A stretch of 64,000 nucleotides of DNA from the NCBI GenBank assembly GCA_023954495.1, contig JAMLIA010000007.1, forward strand, positions 2,060 through 66,059. Direction: 5' to 3'. The notes under the pieces were generated by a model, which searched no databases, was not told where the DNA came from, and worked only from the letters and a program-made list of their open reading frames with translations. Origin of the DNA: Thermomicrobiales bacterium. Its GTDB lineage: Bacteria > Chloroflexota > Chloroflexia > Thermomicrobiales > CFX8. The position numbers and the translations under genes are program-made. Of the stretch, positions 8,089-16,208 are shown piece by piece (position 1 is the first letter of the stretch; every line of letters starts with the position of its first letter).

Positions 8089-8273
8089 ACGTCCGGTTGT
8101 TCCAGAAAGTACCTCAGATGATGACGGCAGCCACGGTCGTGACCGTGGATGTCATGTTATTGGTGTCCGAGTCTCGCTCGCCCCCGCACGCGTGGTGCAT
8201 GTTCGACCCTGCGGGGATTCAGCGACTGAGACGGTCAAGCCGATGATTGCGCTCGAGAGGAGCGATCGCCGAC

Positions 8274-8708
8274 ATGAAGTCGACCATGCGACGATGGATG
8301 CTCGTGTTCTCTGCTGTTCTGGCGATGGTCTTCGTCGTGGGTTGCGGGCGCGTCAATCTGGAAGATCTGACGCCGGAAGCGGCGCGGACGGAGATTGCGG
8401 CGACGACGACTGCCCTGGCCAACGCACCGACTGAGACTCCGATTGATGCGCCAAGCGACGTCATCGAAGCGTTCGAGAATGCGGACGTCGCCGGTGGTGG
8501 TGTGCTGTACAACCCGTGGTGCTCCGGCTGCCATGACGGCGGGCGCGCTCAGCCGATCAAGGGCCAGGTGTTTGACCCGTCCGAGTGGATCCCCAAGCTG
8601 CGTGCTGAGTCGGGCGTTGCCGATCCGCATACGCCGACCTACACCGTCATGGAGCTGAACGACAAGCAGCTGACCGACATCCTCGCCTTCATCGCGTCCG
8701 CCAAGTAG
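8274..8708 (+). CDS. c-type cytochrome lipoprotein
   Basis: Signal peptide with lipobox VVGCG and heme-binding motif CSGCH. The start was moved to ATG 8274 (MKSTMRRWMLVF...). Confidence 0.8.
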   Translation: MKSTMRRWMLVFSAVLAMVFVVGCGRVNLEDLTPEAARTEIAATTTALANAPTETPIDAPSDVIEAFENADVAGGGVLYNPWCSGCHDGGRAQPIKGQVFDPSEWIPKLRAESGVADPHTPTYTVMELNDKQLTDILAFIASAK

Positions 8709-8781
8709 CGCCGCGCTCCGTTCGAGGTCCGGTACAATCCCGATGGGCTTCGATTGACGGAGACTGGGTGAGCGGGTTTCT

Positions 8782-10098
8782 ATGGTTGTGTTTCCGATCG
8801 TCGCGACGATCCTGGCGTTTGGATGCGCTGCCGCCGTCGCACGGGACTATCTCGCGCGGCCACGTCCGAACGGACTCGTCTGGACGATCGCGTTCGCCGT
8901 CTTTGGCGCAGCCGCGCTGTGCGAAGTCATTGGCTCGCTATCCGGCTGGACCCCGCTGATCGCCCGCACCTACTATGTCCTCGGCGCAACACTCGTCGTC
9001 GGCTATCTCGCGCTCGGTGAGCTCTATCTGCTGATGCGCCGCTCGTGGGCCGACAAGGCCAGCGGCGTCATGATCCTGCTCACCGCTCTGTCAGTCGCGC
9101 TCATCTCCAAAACACCGATAGGCCCGAACGTCGCTGACGAAGGTTGGCGCGCACTGGAGCCGAGCGCCGGGATGACGGCGCTGACGGTCGGGATCAACTC
9201 GGGCGGCACGCTGATTCTGGTTGGTGGGCTGCTCTTCTCGGTCTACTCATTCCGCCGCAAAGGCATCATGCGCAATCGCATGATCGGTTGCCTGCTGATC
9301 GCGATCGGTACGCTCGCCGTCGCCAGTGGCGGCACGCTCACCCGCTTCGGCAGCCACCAGCTGCTCTATATCGCCATGTCGTTCGGCATCGCGCTGATCT
9401 TTGCGGGCTACCTCTGGACGCGCAAGCCGGATGCGAAGCCAGTCGCGACCCCCGCTCCGGCAGCAGCACCGGCGCAGGTGATCGCGCCGATCAGCTTCCG
9501 CTCCAGCCGCGTCGACGAGCCGAAAGCCACGACTGCCGCTGACCAGATTCCTGCTGAGACGATCACGCTCCGGCTGACGCTGGAGCGCCGAGCTGATGGT
9601 CAGTGGCGTCTGCTCTCCGGCGAGGTCGAGGGGGACGAGCCGACGACACTCCGGCGCGACGAGGTCACCTTACGGCCAGTCGTTCCAGTAGACATCGCAA
9701 CCCTCTTCGCCTATCAGGACGCCGTCATTGCCAGCACGCTCGCCGCATTCCCCTCGCAGGACCGCGAGGCGTTCACGGCGCGCTGGGAGCGCATCCTCGC
9801 CGACGAGGCCATCGAAAAGCGCGCGATCGCGATGAACGGCGCTGTCGTCGGCGCTGTCGTCTGCTTCGATGTGCTCGGCGAACGCCACCTCGGCTACTGG
9901 CTGGACCAGTCCCTCTGCGACCACGGCGTCGCGACGAACGCACTGACACTGTTCCTCAGCGAGATACTGACCCGCCCGCTCAACGCGGAGGTGGCGGCCT
10001 GCAACGCTGCCGCGCGCCGCGTCGTCGAGGCCTGTGGCTTCATGCTCGTCTCTGCCGATGAGCGGCTGAGTAACCTGCGCTACGAGCTGCGCGCCTGA
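8782..10098 (+). CDS. Polytopic membrane domain fused to a C-terminal GNAT (RimJ/RimL-like) acetyltransferase
   Basis: The first ~215 aa form about 6-7 hydrophobic helices. A Pro/Ala linker follows. The C-terminal domain has a GNAT-like segment: GAVVGAVVCFDV...GYWLDQSLCDHGVATNAL...ARRVVEACGFMLV. Confidence 0.7.
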   Translation: MVVFPIVATILAFGCAAAVARDYLARPRPNGLVWTIAFAVFGAAALCEVIGSLSGWTPLIARTYYVLGATLVVGYLALGELYLLMRRSWADKASGVMILLTALSVALISKTPIGPNVADEGWRALEPSAGMTALTVGINSGGTLILVGGLLFSVYSFRRKGIMRNRMIGCLLIAIGTLAVASGGTLTRFGSHQLLYIAMSFGIALIFAGYLWTRKPDAKPVATPAPAAAPAQVIAPISFRSSRVDEPKATTAADQIPAETITLRLTLERRADGQWRLLSGEVEGDEPTTLRRDEVTLRPVVPVDIATLFAYQDAVIASTLAAFPSQDREAFTARWERILADEAIEKRAIAMNGAVVGAVVCFDVLGERHLGYWLDQSLCDHGVATNALTLFLSEILTRPLNAEVAACNAAARRVVEACGFMLVSADERLSNLRYELRA

Positions 10099-11150
10099 AT
10101 CTCTCCCGCAACCAGTGACCGCAGAGCCGACGAGTACGGCGGGCGAACGACGCCGCGCTCAGTGATGAATGCACTGATGTACGCGTGCGGTGTCACGTCG
10201 AACGCGGGGTTGTAGACACCGGCGGCGTCCGGCACGATCGCATGGCCGTTGAACTGACGCAGCTCGCCGGCATCGCGCTCCTCGATCGGGATGTCCGCGC
10301 CGGTTGCGATCGACAGGTCGATCGTCGAGATCGGCAGCGCGACATAGACCGGCACGCCCAGCGTGTGGGCGACAATCGCCAGTGGCAGTGTGCCGATCTT
10401 GTTCGCCGCGTCGCCGTTCGCCGCCACCCGGTCGGCCCCGACCAGCACTGCCTGCACACCACCACGAGCCAGCACCGACGCTGCCATGCCATCGCCAATG
10501 ACCGTCACCGGCACACCGGCTCGCGAAAGCTCCCATGCGGTCAGGCGCGCGCCCTGCAGCAGCGGTCGGGTTTCGTCGGCGTAGACCAGCAGGTTGTGGC
10601 CCTGCTCGTGGGCGACATAAATCGGCGCGAGGGCAGTGCCGTAGCCGGACGTTGCCAGACCGCCGGCGTTGCAGTGGGTCAGCACCGCGCCATCGCTCAG
10701 CAGCGCCGCGCCGTACTCGCCGATGGCGCGCCCAGCCGCGCGGTCCTCCTCCAGGATCGCCAGCGCCTCGTCGCGCACGATCCTGCGCAGCGCCTCGACA
10801 TCGCCGTCGCTGGCCGCCAGCCGATCCCAGACGCGATCGAGCGCCCAGAACAGGTTGACCGCCGTTGGGCGTGAGGTCGCGAGATAGGCGCGTGCCTGCT
10901 CGATGTCGGCCAGCAGCGCCTCTGATGTGGCGGCCGTCGACTGGCGCGCGGCGATATCCAGGCCAAACGCCGCCGCGATCCCAATGGCTGGCGCGCCGCG
11001 AACACGCAGCGCGCGAATCGCCTCCCACATCTCCCCGACCGAGGTGATGACGATGCGGCGCTCCTCGCCGGGCAGCAGCGTCTGATCGATGATCGTGATC
11101 TCGTCGCCATCAATGGCGAGCGGCTCGATTGGTGGCGTCTGTGCGGTCAT
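10080..11150 (-). CDS. mtnA: S-methyl-5-thioribose-1-phosphate isomerase
   Basis: eIF-2B alpha/beta/delta-like family: IRALRVRGAPAIGIAAAFG, THCNAGGLAT, GADRVAANGDAANKIGT. Confidence 0.9.
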   Translation of the reverse strand: MTAQTPPIEPLAIDGDEITIIDQTLLPGEERRIVITSVGEMWEAIRALRVRGAPAIGIAAAFGLDIAARQSTAATSEALLADIEQARAYLATSRPTAVNLFWALDRVWDRLAASDGDVEALRRIVRDEALAILEEDRAAGRAIGEYGAALLSDGAVLTHCNAGGLATSGYGTALAPIYVAHEQGHNLLVYADETRPLLQGARLTAWELSRAGVPVTVIGDGMAASVLARGGVQAVLVGADRVAANGDAANKIGTLPLAIVAHTLGVPVYVALPISTIDLSIATGADIPIEERDAGELRQFNGHAIVPDAAGVYNPAFDVTPHAYISAFITERGVVRPPYSSALRSLVAGEIQARSS

Positions 11151-11285
11151 CGCGGCCTTGCTCCGTTGTCTGTGCGTCGTCCTTCTGCCGTCATTCTAGT
11201 CGCCATCGCCGCGACATGAAGCGCGGGAAGTGCGGCTACAATCGTCGAACCGGTACGACATGCGACGAGGAGGGAGTCAGAACCC

Positions 11286-12077
11286 ATGGCACAGTCAGAT
11301 GAAATGCGGGATCTGGTGTTGGCCAATCTCTCATGGCCGGAAGTGGACGCGATTCGCGATCAGGTTGAGCTGGTGCTGCAGCCGGTCGGCTCAAACGAGC
11401 AGCACGGGCCGAATCTGGCGCTCTGTATGGACATCGCTGCCTCGTTCGAGTTCTGCCGCCGCGCCAGTGAGCGACTCTATCCGCGGGTGCTGGTGGCTCC
11501 GCCGGTGCCGTGGGGCGTCTCGTTCCATCACATGAACTTCCCCGGCACGATCACGCTGTCGAATGAGACATTCGTCCAGATCCTGACCGAAGTCGTCGGA
11601 TCACTGCATCACCACGGGTTCGAGCGCTTCCTGCTGGTCAACGGTCACGGCGGCAACGTCCCGGCAATGGGTGTTGCGACCGTCCGGATCAAGGAGGAGA
11701 TCGACCCGCTCTTCATCGGAGCCTCGAGCTACTTCCACTTCATGGACCGCTCGATCCACGAGCGCTTCGGGGCGACGAAGTACACCGGCCACGCTTGCGA
11801 AGCCGAAACGGCCCGAGCCATGGAGCTCATCCCGCAGCACGTCAAGTACGACACCATCGCGCAGGGCGACATGACCGACCTGATGTACGAGTTCAACCAG
11901 ACGTTGAAGCGCTATAACGTCAGCGTCCCCTACCGATTCGATGAGATGACGCGCAACGGCGCACTCGGCGACGCCCGCATCGCCACGCCGGAATATGGCA
12001 AAGCCCTCGTCGACAATGCCCTCGACAACTTCACCGCGTTTGTGGACGAGTTGCTTGCGAACAGCCCGGTGGAGTAG
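11286..12077 (+). CDS. Creatininase-family amidohydrolase
   Basis: PVGSNEQHGPNLAL..., FLLVNGHGGN, ACEAETA motifs typical of the creatininase fold. Confidence 0.8.
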   Translation: MAQSDEMRDLVLANLSWPEVDAIRDQVELVLQPVGSNEQHGPNLALCMDIAASFEFCRRASERLYPRVLVAPPVPWGVSFHHMNFPGTITLSNETFVQILTEVVGSLHHHGFERFLLVNGHGGNVPAMGVATVRIKEEIDPLFIGASSYFHFMDRSIHERFGATKYTGHACEAETARAMELIPQHVKYDTIAQGDMTDLMYEFNQTLKRYNVSVPYRFDEMTRNGALGDARIATPEYGKALVDNALDNFTAFVDELLANSPVE

Positions 12078-12088
12078 GCAGGTTCAGG

Positions 12089-12124
12089 TGCATGGAGGGG
12101 CGCTCGCATACGCCCCTCCATGCA
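12089..12124. terminator. Bidirectional stem-loop between convergent genes
   Basis: Perfect 12-bp stem tgcatggagggg / cccctccatgca with the 12-nt loop cgctcgcatacg. The loop and 3' arm resemble the REP-like motif at 14462-14575. Confidence 0.55.
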
Positions 12125-12155
12125 CGCGTTCGTCTTACATCGTCGTGCCGTGCCG

Positions 12156-12575
12156 TTATTCCTCACCTGCCAGATACTTCTTCACGTTCTCGTTCACATC
12201 GTCGCCGAGGTCGAGACCGTTGATGACGACGGAGATACCAGCGAAGTACTGCAGGACACCGAGCGCCTCAACGACATCGGCATCGCTGAAGCCCATGCGC
12301 TTGAGACGGGCCGTGTGGATCTGGATGCCGAAGCGATTGTTGAGCAACGTGACGGTCGCCCAGGCGAGGAACTCTTTCAGTGTCGGGTCGAGCGCGCCCT
12401 CTTCCATCACCCGGTGGCGATGCTCGACAGCGGCCTCCAGGATCGTCGGGTTGTGGCCAAGCACGTTGTAGGCGGTCGGCACCTGCCCCTTGCCAAACCC
12501 GGCTTTGATGTCATCGAACGCCTCTTTGACTCGGCCGTCGGCCTCGGATTCGTCGATAAATCGCAGCGTTGCCAT
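12156..12575 (-). CDS. Carboxymuconolactone decarboxylase (AhpD-like) family protein
   Basis: CMD-family sequence (NVLGHNPTILEA..., LKEFLAWATVTLLNNRFGIQIHT). The start was moved to M9, preceded by GGGGAGA. Confidence 0.75.
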   Translation of the reverse strand: MATLRFIDESEADGRVKEAFDDIKAGFGKGQVPTAYNVLGHNPTILEAAVEHRHRVMEEGALDPTLKEFLAWATVTLLNNRFGIQIHTARLKRMGFSDADVVEALGVLQYFAGISVVINGLDLGDDVNENVKKYLAGEE

Positions 12576-12691
12576 GACACGTCTCCCCTTCATATTCACT
12601 GTGTGCTCTGATCACGGGTCGATTGCATCTGCTCAGGATGGTGAGACTGTACTGCATGGTCGATAATGCCGCCGAGGAGAAAGGGAGATAC

Positions 12692-13009
12692 ATGCGCATT
12701 GAGGAGCTTCGCGAGCAACCCGTCGAGCGTGGCGATGCATTTACGTTCTCCTGGGATGGCGAAGAGATCACCGCGTACCCCGGCGAGTCGATCCTCGGAG
12801 CGCTCTCAGCGAGCGGAATCCGCACGCTGCGTGAGACTCCCGGCGGACAGCCACGCGGCATGCTGTGTGGCATCGGCCTGTGCTTCGACTGCCTGGTGAC
12901 GGTCGACGGCGTGCCCAGCTGCCGCGCCTGTGTCACTCCGGCCGCCGCCGGGCTCGTCGTCGAGCGCAATCGTCAGCACGAGTGGGCGAGCGAAGGAGAT
13001 CGTTCATGA
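12692..13009 (+). CDS. (2Fe-2S)-binding small subunit (HcnA / heterotrimeric amino-acid dehydrogenase gamma-like)
   Basis: Cys cluster MLCGIGLCFDCLVTVDGVPSCRAC. RBS GAGGAGAAAGGGAG lies before ATG 12692. The stop overlaps the next start (ATGA). Confidence 0.8.
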   Translation: MRIEELREQPVERGDAFTFSWDGEEITAYPGESILGALSASGIRTLRETPGGQPRGMLCGIGLCFDCLVTVDGVPSCRACVTPAAAGLVVERNRQHEWASEGDRS

Positions 13010-14451
13010 CCGACAAATCGAACGCTCCGGAGGTCGTCGTCGTTGGTGCCGGTCCAGCCGGTATCGCCGCTGCGACGATGCTGCTCTCGCAAGGCGCACG
13101 CGTCACGCTGATCGATGAGATGCCGGAAGTTGGCGGACAGTATTACAAGCAGCGCCTCGCTGCGCGCGACCTGTCGCGTGGACGCGACCTCGACGAGCGG
13201 ATTGAGAAGAGTCAGGATCGCCTGTCGGCGCTGCATGGAGAGCGTTTCACGGCGCTGACCGGCACGCTCGTCTGGGGCATGTTCGCGCCGCATCAGGTGG
13301 CGATTCTGCGTGGCGAAGAGGCCGATATCCTCAAGCCGGACGCGGTCATCCTGGCTGGTGGCGCAATGGAGCGCGCCGCCGCGTTTCCCGGCTGGACGCT
13401 GCCCGGCGTCGTCATGGCCGGCGGCGTCCAGACGCTGCTTGGTCGCGAGGGCATTCTTCCCGGTCGACGTTTCCTCGTCGCCGGAACCGGGCCGCTCCTG
13501 TTGGCCGTGGCGGCTGAGATCGCCGAGGCGGGCGGACAGGTCGTTGGCGTCGTCGAGGGTAGTCAGGCGACCGCGCCACTCCGTCATCTGCACCACTTCT
13601 GGGGCCAGATGCGGCGCGTCAAGGAAGCGTGGGACTACCGACGCATCCTCGACCGGCACGACATTCCGATGCACAACGGGCACATCGTTGTTGCGGCGCG
13701 TGGCGACGGTCGGGTCGAAGAGGTGACGTTCGCGCAGGTCGACCCGGAGTGGCAGGTGCTACCAGATACGGAGCGCACCGTCGCAGTCGACGCCCTCTGC
13801 CTGCACTTCGGCTTCGAGGCGCTCACTGAGATCGCCCGGATGGTTGAGTGCGACATTGCCCAGGATCCCGATCGGGGCGGCTGGCATGTCACGCACGACG
13901 ATGGCATGCGCACCAGCAACCCGTCGATCTATGTCGCCGGCCAGATCGCCGGCATCGGTGGCGCGGACCTGGCCGAATCGACCGGCGCGATGGCGGGCCT
14001 GTCCGCAGCGCGCGACCTTGGTCTGCTCGGCGAGCGCGCGTACACTGCGCAGGCGGGTCCGTTGCAGCGAGAGATCGCGCAGCGCCGCGATATCGCGCGG
14101 GTGCTCAACACGATCTACTCACCGGGTCCAGCACTGCCCGACCTCGTCATGCCCGACACTGTCATCTGCCGCTGCGAAGAGGTGACTGCTGGCGCGATTG
14201 ATGCCGCGCTGGCCGAGGGCACGGTGTCGATCAACGACATCAAGCGCCGCACGCGCTGCGGCATGGGCATGTGCCAGAGCCGCATCTGCTCCCCGATCGT
14301 CCGCGCCTACGTCGAGCGCAAGGTCGGCGCGACAGCCGAGGAAGTCGGCCTGATCACCGCCCGCCCACCACTACGCCCGATCCCGTTGGGCGCGCTGGCA
14401 GATTTGGCTGAGGAGCATATTGGGGATGTACTGACGGCAGGGGACGAATAG
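13006..14451 (+). CDS. NAD(P)/FAD-dependent oxidoreductase with BFD-like [2Fe-2S] domain (HcnB / alpha-subunit-like)
   Basis: Dinucleotide fold VVVVGAGPAGIAAA and a second one at FLVAGTGPLLLAVA. Also CRCEEVTAGAI...RRTRCGMGMCQSRIC. The start was moved to ATG 13006. Confidence 0.8.
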   Translation: MTDKSNAPEVVVVGAGPAGIAAATMLLSQGARVTLIDEMPEVGGQYYKQRLAARDLSRGRDLDERIEKSQDRLSALHGERFTALTGTLVWGMFAPHQVAILRGEEADILKPDAVILAGGAMERAAAFPGWTLPGVVMAGGVQTLLGREGILPGRRFLVAGTGPLLLAVAAEIAEAGGQVVGVVEGSQATAPLRHLHHFWGQMRRVKEAWDYRRILDRHDIPMHNGHIVVAARGDGRVEEVTFAQVDPEWQVLPDTERTVAVDALCLHFGFEALTEIARMVECDIAQDPDRGGWHVTHDDGMRTSNPSIYVAGQIAGIGGADLAESTGAMAGLSAARDLGLLGERAYTAQAGPLQREIAQRRDIARVLNTIYSPGPALPDLVMPDTVICRCEEVTAGAIDAALAEGTVSINDIKRRTRCGMGMCQSRICSPIVRAYVERKVGATAEEVGLITARPPLRPIPLGALADLAEEHIGDVLTAGDE

Positions 14452-14461
14452 GATATGCAAG

Positions 14462-14575
14462 GGGGCGTATCGCATACGCCTGGCTAGACCAATGGCTGCG
14501 TAGAAGCGTGTCAATAGCGGTGCTGGGTGCCGATTTGGCGTGCTGTGGGCCAAACGGGCGTATGCGATACGCCCC
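14462..14575. repeat. REP-like inverted pair of hairpin units
   Basis: ggggcgtatcgcatacgcc (14462-14480) and its exact reverse complement ggcgtatgcgatacgcccc (14557-14575), 76 nt apart. Each unit is itself a 7-bp hairpin (ggcgtat-nnn-atacgcc). Confidence 0.8.
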
Positions 14576-14576
14576 T

Positions 14577-16208
14577 GCTATGGAAGCAGCTGTCAACCTG
14601 TTACAGCATCGTCGTTCCTCTCGTTGGGTTCCCCAGCTGTGCGTGAGGGGGTGTGGCAGCGGGCGCGGTCGGCAGTGGGGCCCGGCGCATCGGTCGACGG
14701 TCTGTCAGCCTGCTATCCGTGGGTTGGGTACCACCTGACACTGACTCCGTCGGGAGCGCTCTCCAACTACAAACGCGCGTCCAGCACACCGGCCTGGCGC
14801 CATGGGGCGTCGAGGGTGCTCCACCATGAGCGTGCCCGGTCCCCACTGTCGACTGCGTCCGGTGCCACACCCGCTCAGTCTCAATCTGCCGCGAGCGATG
14901 TCACTCGCGCTGATGACGATCCTGCCGTCGTCGCCAGGAACTGTGCCTGTCGTTGCTCTGCAACCACCTGCCCAATTGCCCAGAGCACGCCGACCAGTTC
15001 GCGGGCGACGGCCGTCACCGCCAGCGGTTTGGGCTTGCCACGCTCAACCAGCCGCCAGTAGCGGCGATGCAGGCGACGTTGCGCCTTGGCACTGATGGCG
15101 ATGATCGCCGGATCAACGTTCCGTTGGCGGGTGGCCAATGCTTTGCTGACCGCCGGGACACGCGGTGCATGATGGGCGGCCTCGACCAGGACATGCCGCG
15201 CACGGGTATTGCCGGCTTTGCTGATCCCGCCCTGCCGCCGCCGATCTCCGCTTGAGGCCTCGGTCGGCGTCAACCCGACGTAGCGCATCAACTCGCGCGG
15301 ATGGTCGAAGCGACTCGGATCGCCCAACTCGACCACCAGGGTGGCAGCCGTGACCAGCTCAATCCCCCGTAACGCCTGATAGGCGGCAGCCAGTTCAGCG
15401 TGGCGGCTGGCCTGGATCGCCGTCGCGATGGCCAGCTCCAGCCGCTCGAGCCGGGCTTCGGTCTCGGCCAGCGCTCCCAGGTGCTCACGCAAGACCGTCT
15501 GTTGGGCACTATGGGGCAGGACCAGTCCGTGTAACCAGCTCCGATGCTTACCGGTCCAGGCATTGACTCCCTCAGCGGGTCGCACGTCGAGGCGCAGCAG
15601 CATCCCACTGATACGATGGCGCATGCGGGTCACGTCCTGACGGGCGGCGTGGCGGGCACGAACCAGGTCACGCAGCGCCTCGTCGGCTTCATCCGGCACC
15701 CAGACCGTCGTCAGATAGCCACCCCGGAGCAACGCAGCCAACTGGCAGGCATCGCGTCGGTCGGTCTTGACGCGGTCACCAGGCCGTTTCGGGACCAGCG
15801 AGGGCGCAATCACGACGCAGGTGATCCCCATTCTTGTCAGTTGTCGCTGGAGCGTGTAGCCACAGGCTCCAGCTTCGTAGGCAACCTCTAGCGTCGTGGG
15901 ATCCCCCAGCTGAGCCATGATCTTGCGGACTGCCTCGGGGCGGTTCGGAATGGTGGCCACGACCTGCGCTGGTTCCCGGCCAGGCGTGGCGACGGCGAGT
16001 GTGATCGTCTCCTTGTGCACGTCACAACCGACATACTGACTGATGTTATCCTGTCCCATGGCCGTCTCCCTTCGTTGGTAGCACTGCGCGCGATCGATCC
16101 GGTTCCGCGTAATCTACGGTATCGCGTCGCGGAGACGGCTGCTTCCATGGTAACTACATTTCAGGGGTGTCTCACGATCATATTTCTGGCGTTCGGGAAA
16201 GGATGTCG
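14577..16208 (-). mobile_element. IS110-family insertion sequence (maximal bounds; true ends undetermined)
   Basis: Interval between the REP-like repeat and the stop of the neighbouring lipoprotein gene. It contains one intact IS110-type transposase gene, ~300 nt of 3' non-coding DNA and <=149 nt of 5' non-coding DNA. Confidence 0.7.
14881..16059 (-). CDS. IS110-family transposase (DEDD RuvC-like N-domain plus Transposase_20 C-domain)
   Basis: VGCDVHKETI..., KTDRRDACQLA, LRGIELVTAATLVVELGDPSRFDHPRELMRYVGLTPTEASSGDRRRQGGISKAGNTRARHVLVEAA. Confidence 0.92.
   Translation of the reverse strand: MGQDNISQYVGCDVHKETITLAVATPGREPAQVVATIPNRPEAVRKIMAQLGDPTTLEVAYEAGACGYTLQRQLTRMGITCVVIAPSLVPKRPGDRVKTDRRDACQLAALLRGGYLTTVWVPDEADEALRDLVRARHAARQDVTRMRHRISGMLLRLDVRPAEGVNAWTGKHRSWLHGLVLPHSAQQTVLREHLGALAETEARLERLELAIATAIQASRHAELAAAYQALRGIELVTAATLVVELGDPSRFDHPRELMRYVGLTPTEASSGDRRRQGGISKAGNTRARHVLVEAAHHAPRVPAVSKALATRQRNVDPAIIAISAKAQRRLHRRYWRLVERGKPKPLAVTAVARELVGVLWAIGQVVAEQRQAQFLATTAGSSSARVTSLAAD

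Noticed and set aside
8118-8708. The upstream 42-codon ORF is in the same frame as the cytochrome c ORF, separated by TGA 8244-8246. This raised the idea of selenocysteine or stop-codon readthrough.
   Set aside because: The cytochrome has its own signal peptide and lipobox starting at 8274, so an N-terminal fusion would bury it. No SECIS-like hairpin follows the TGA. A shared frame has a one-in-three chance.
10159-11028. 289-aa minus-strand and 229-aa plus-strand (10185-10874) alternative ORFs within mtnA.
   Set aside because: They are off-frame or antisense shadows of mtnA, extremely Arg/Gly/Ala-rich. mtnA has clear family motifs.
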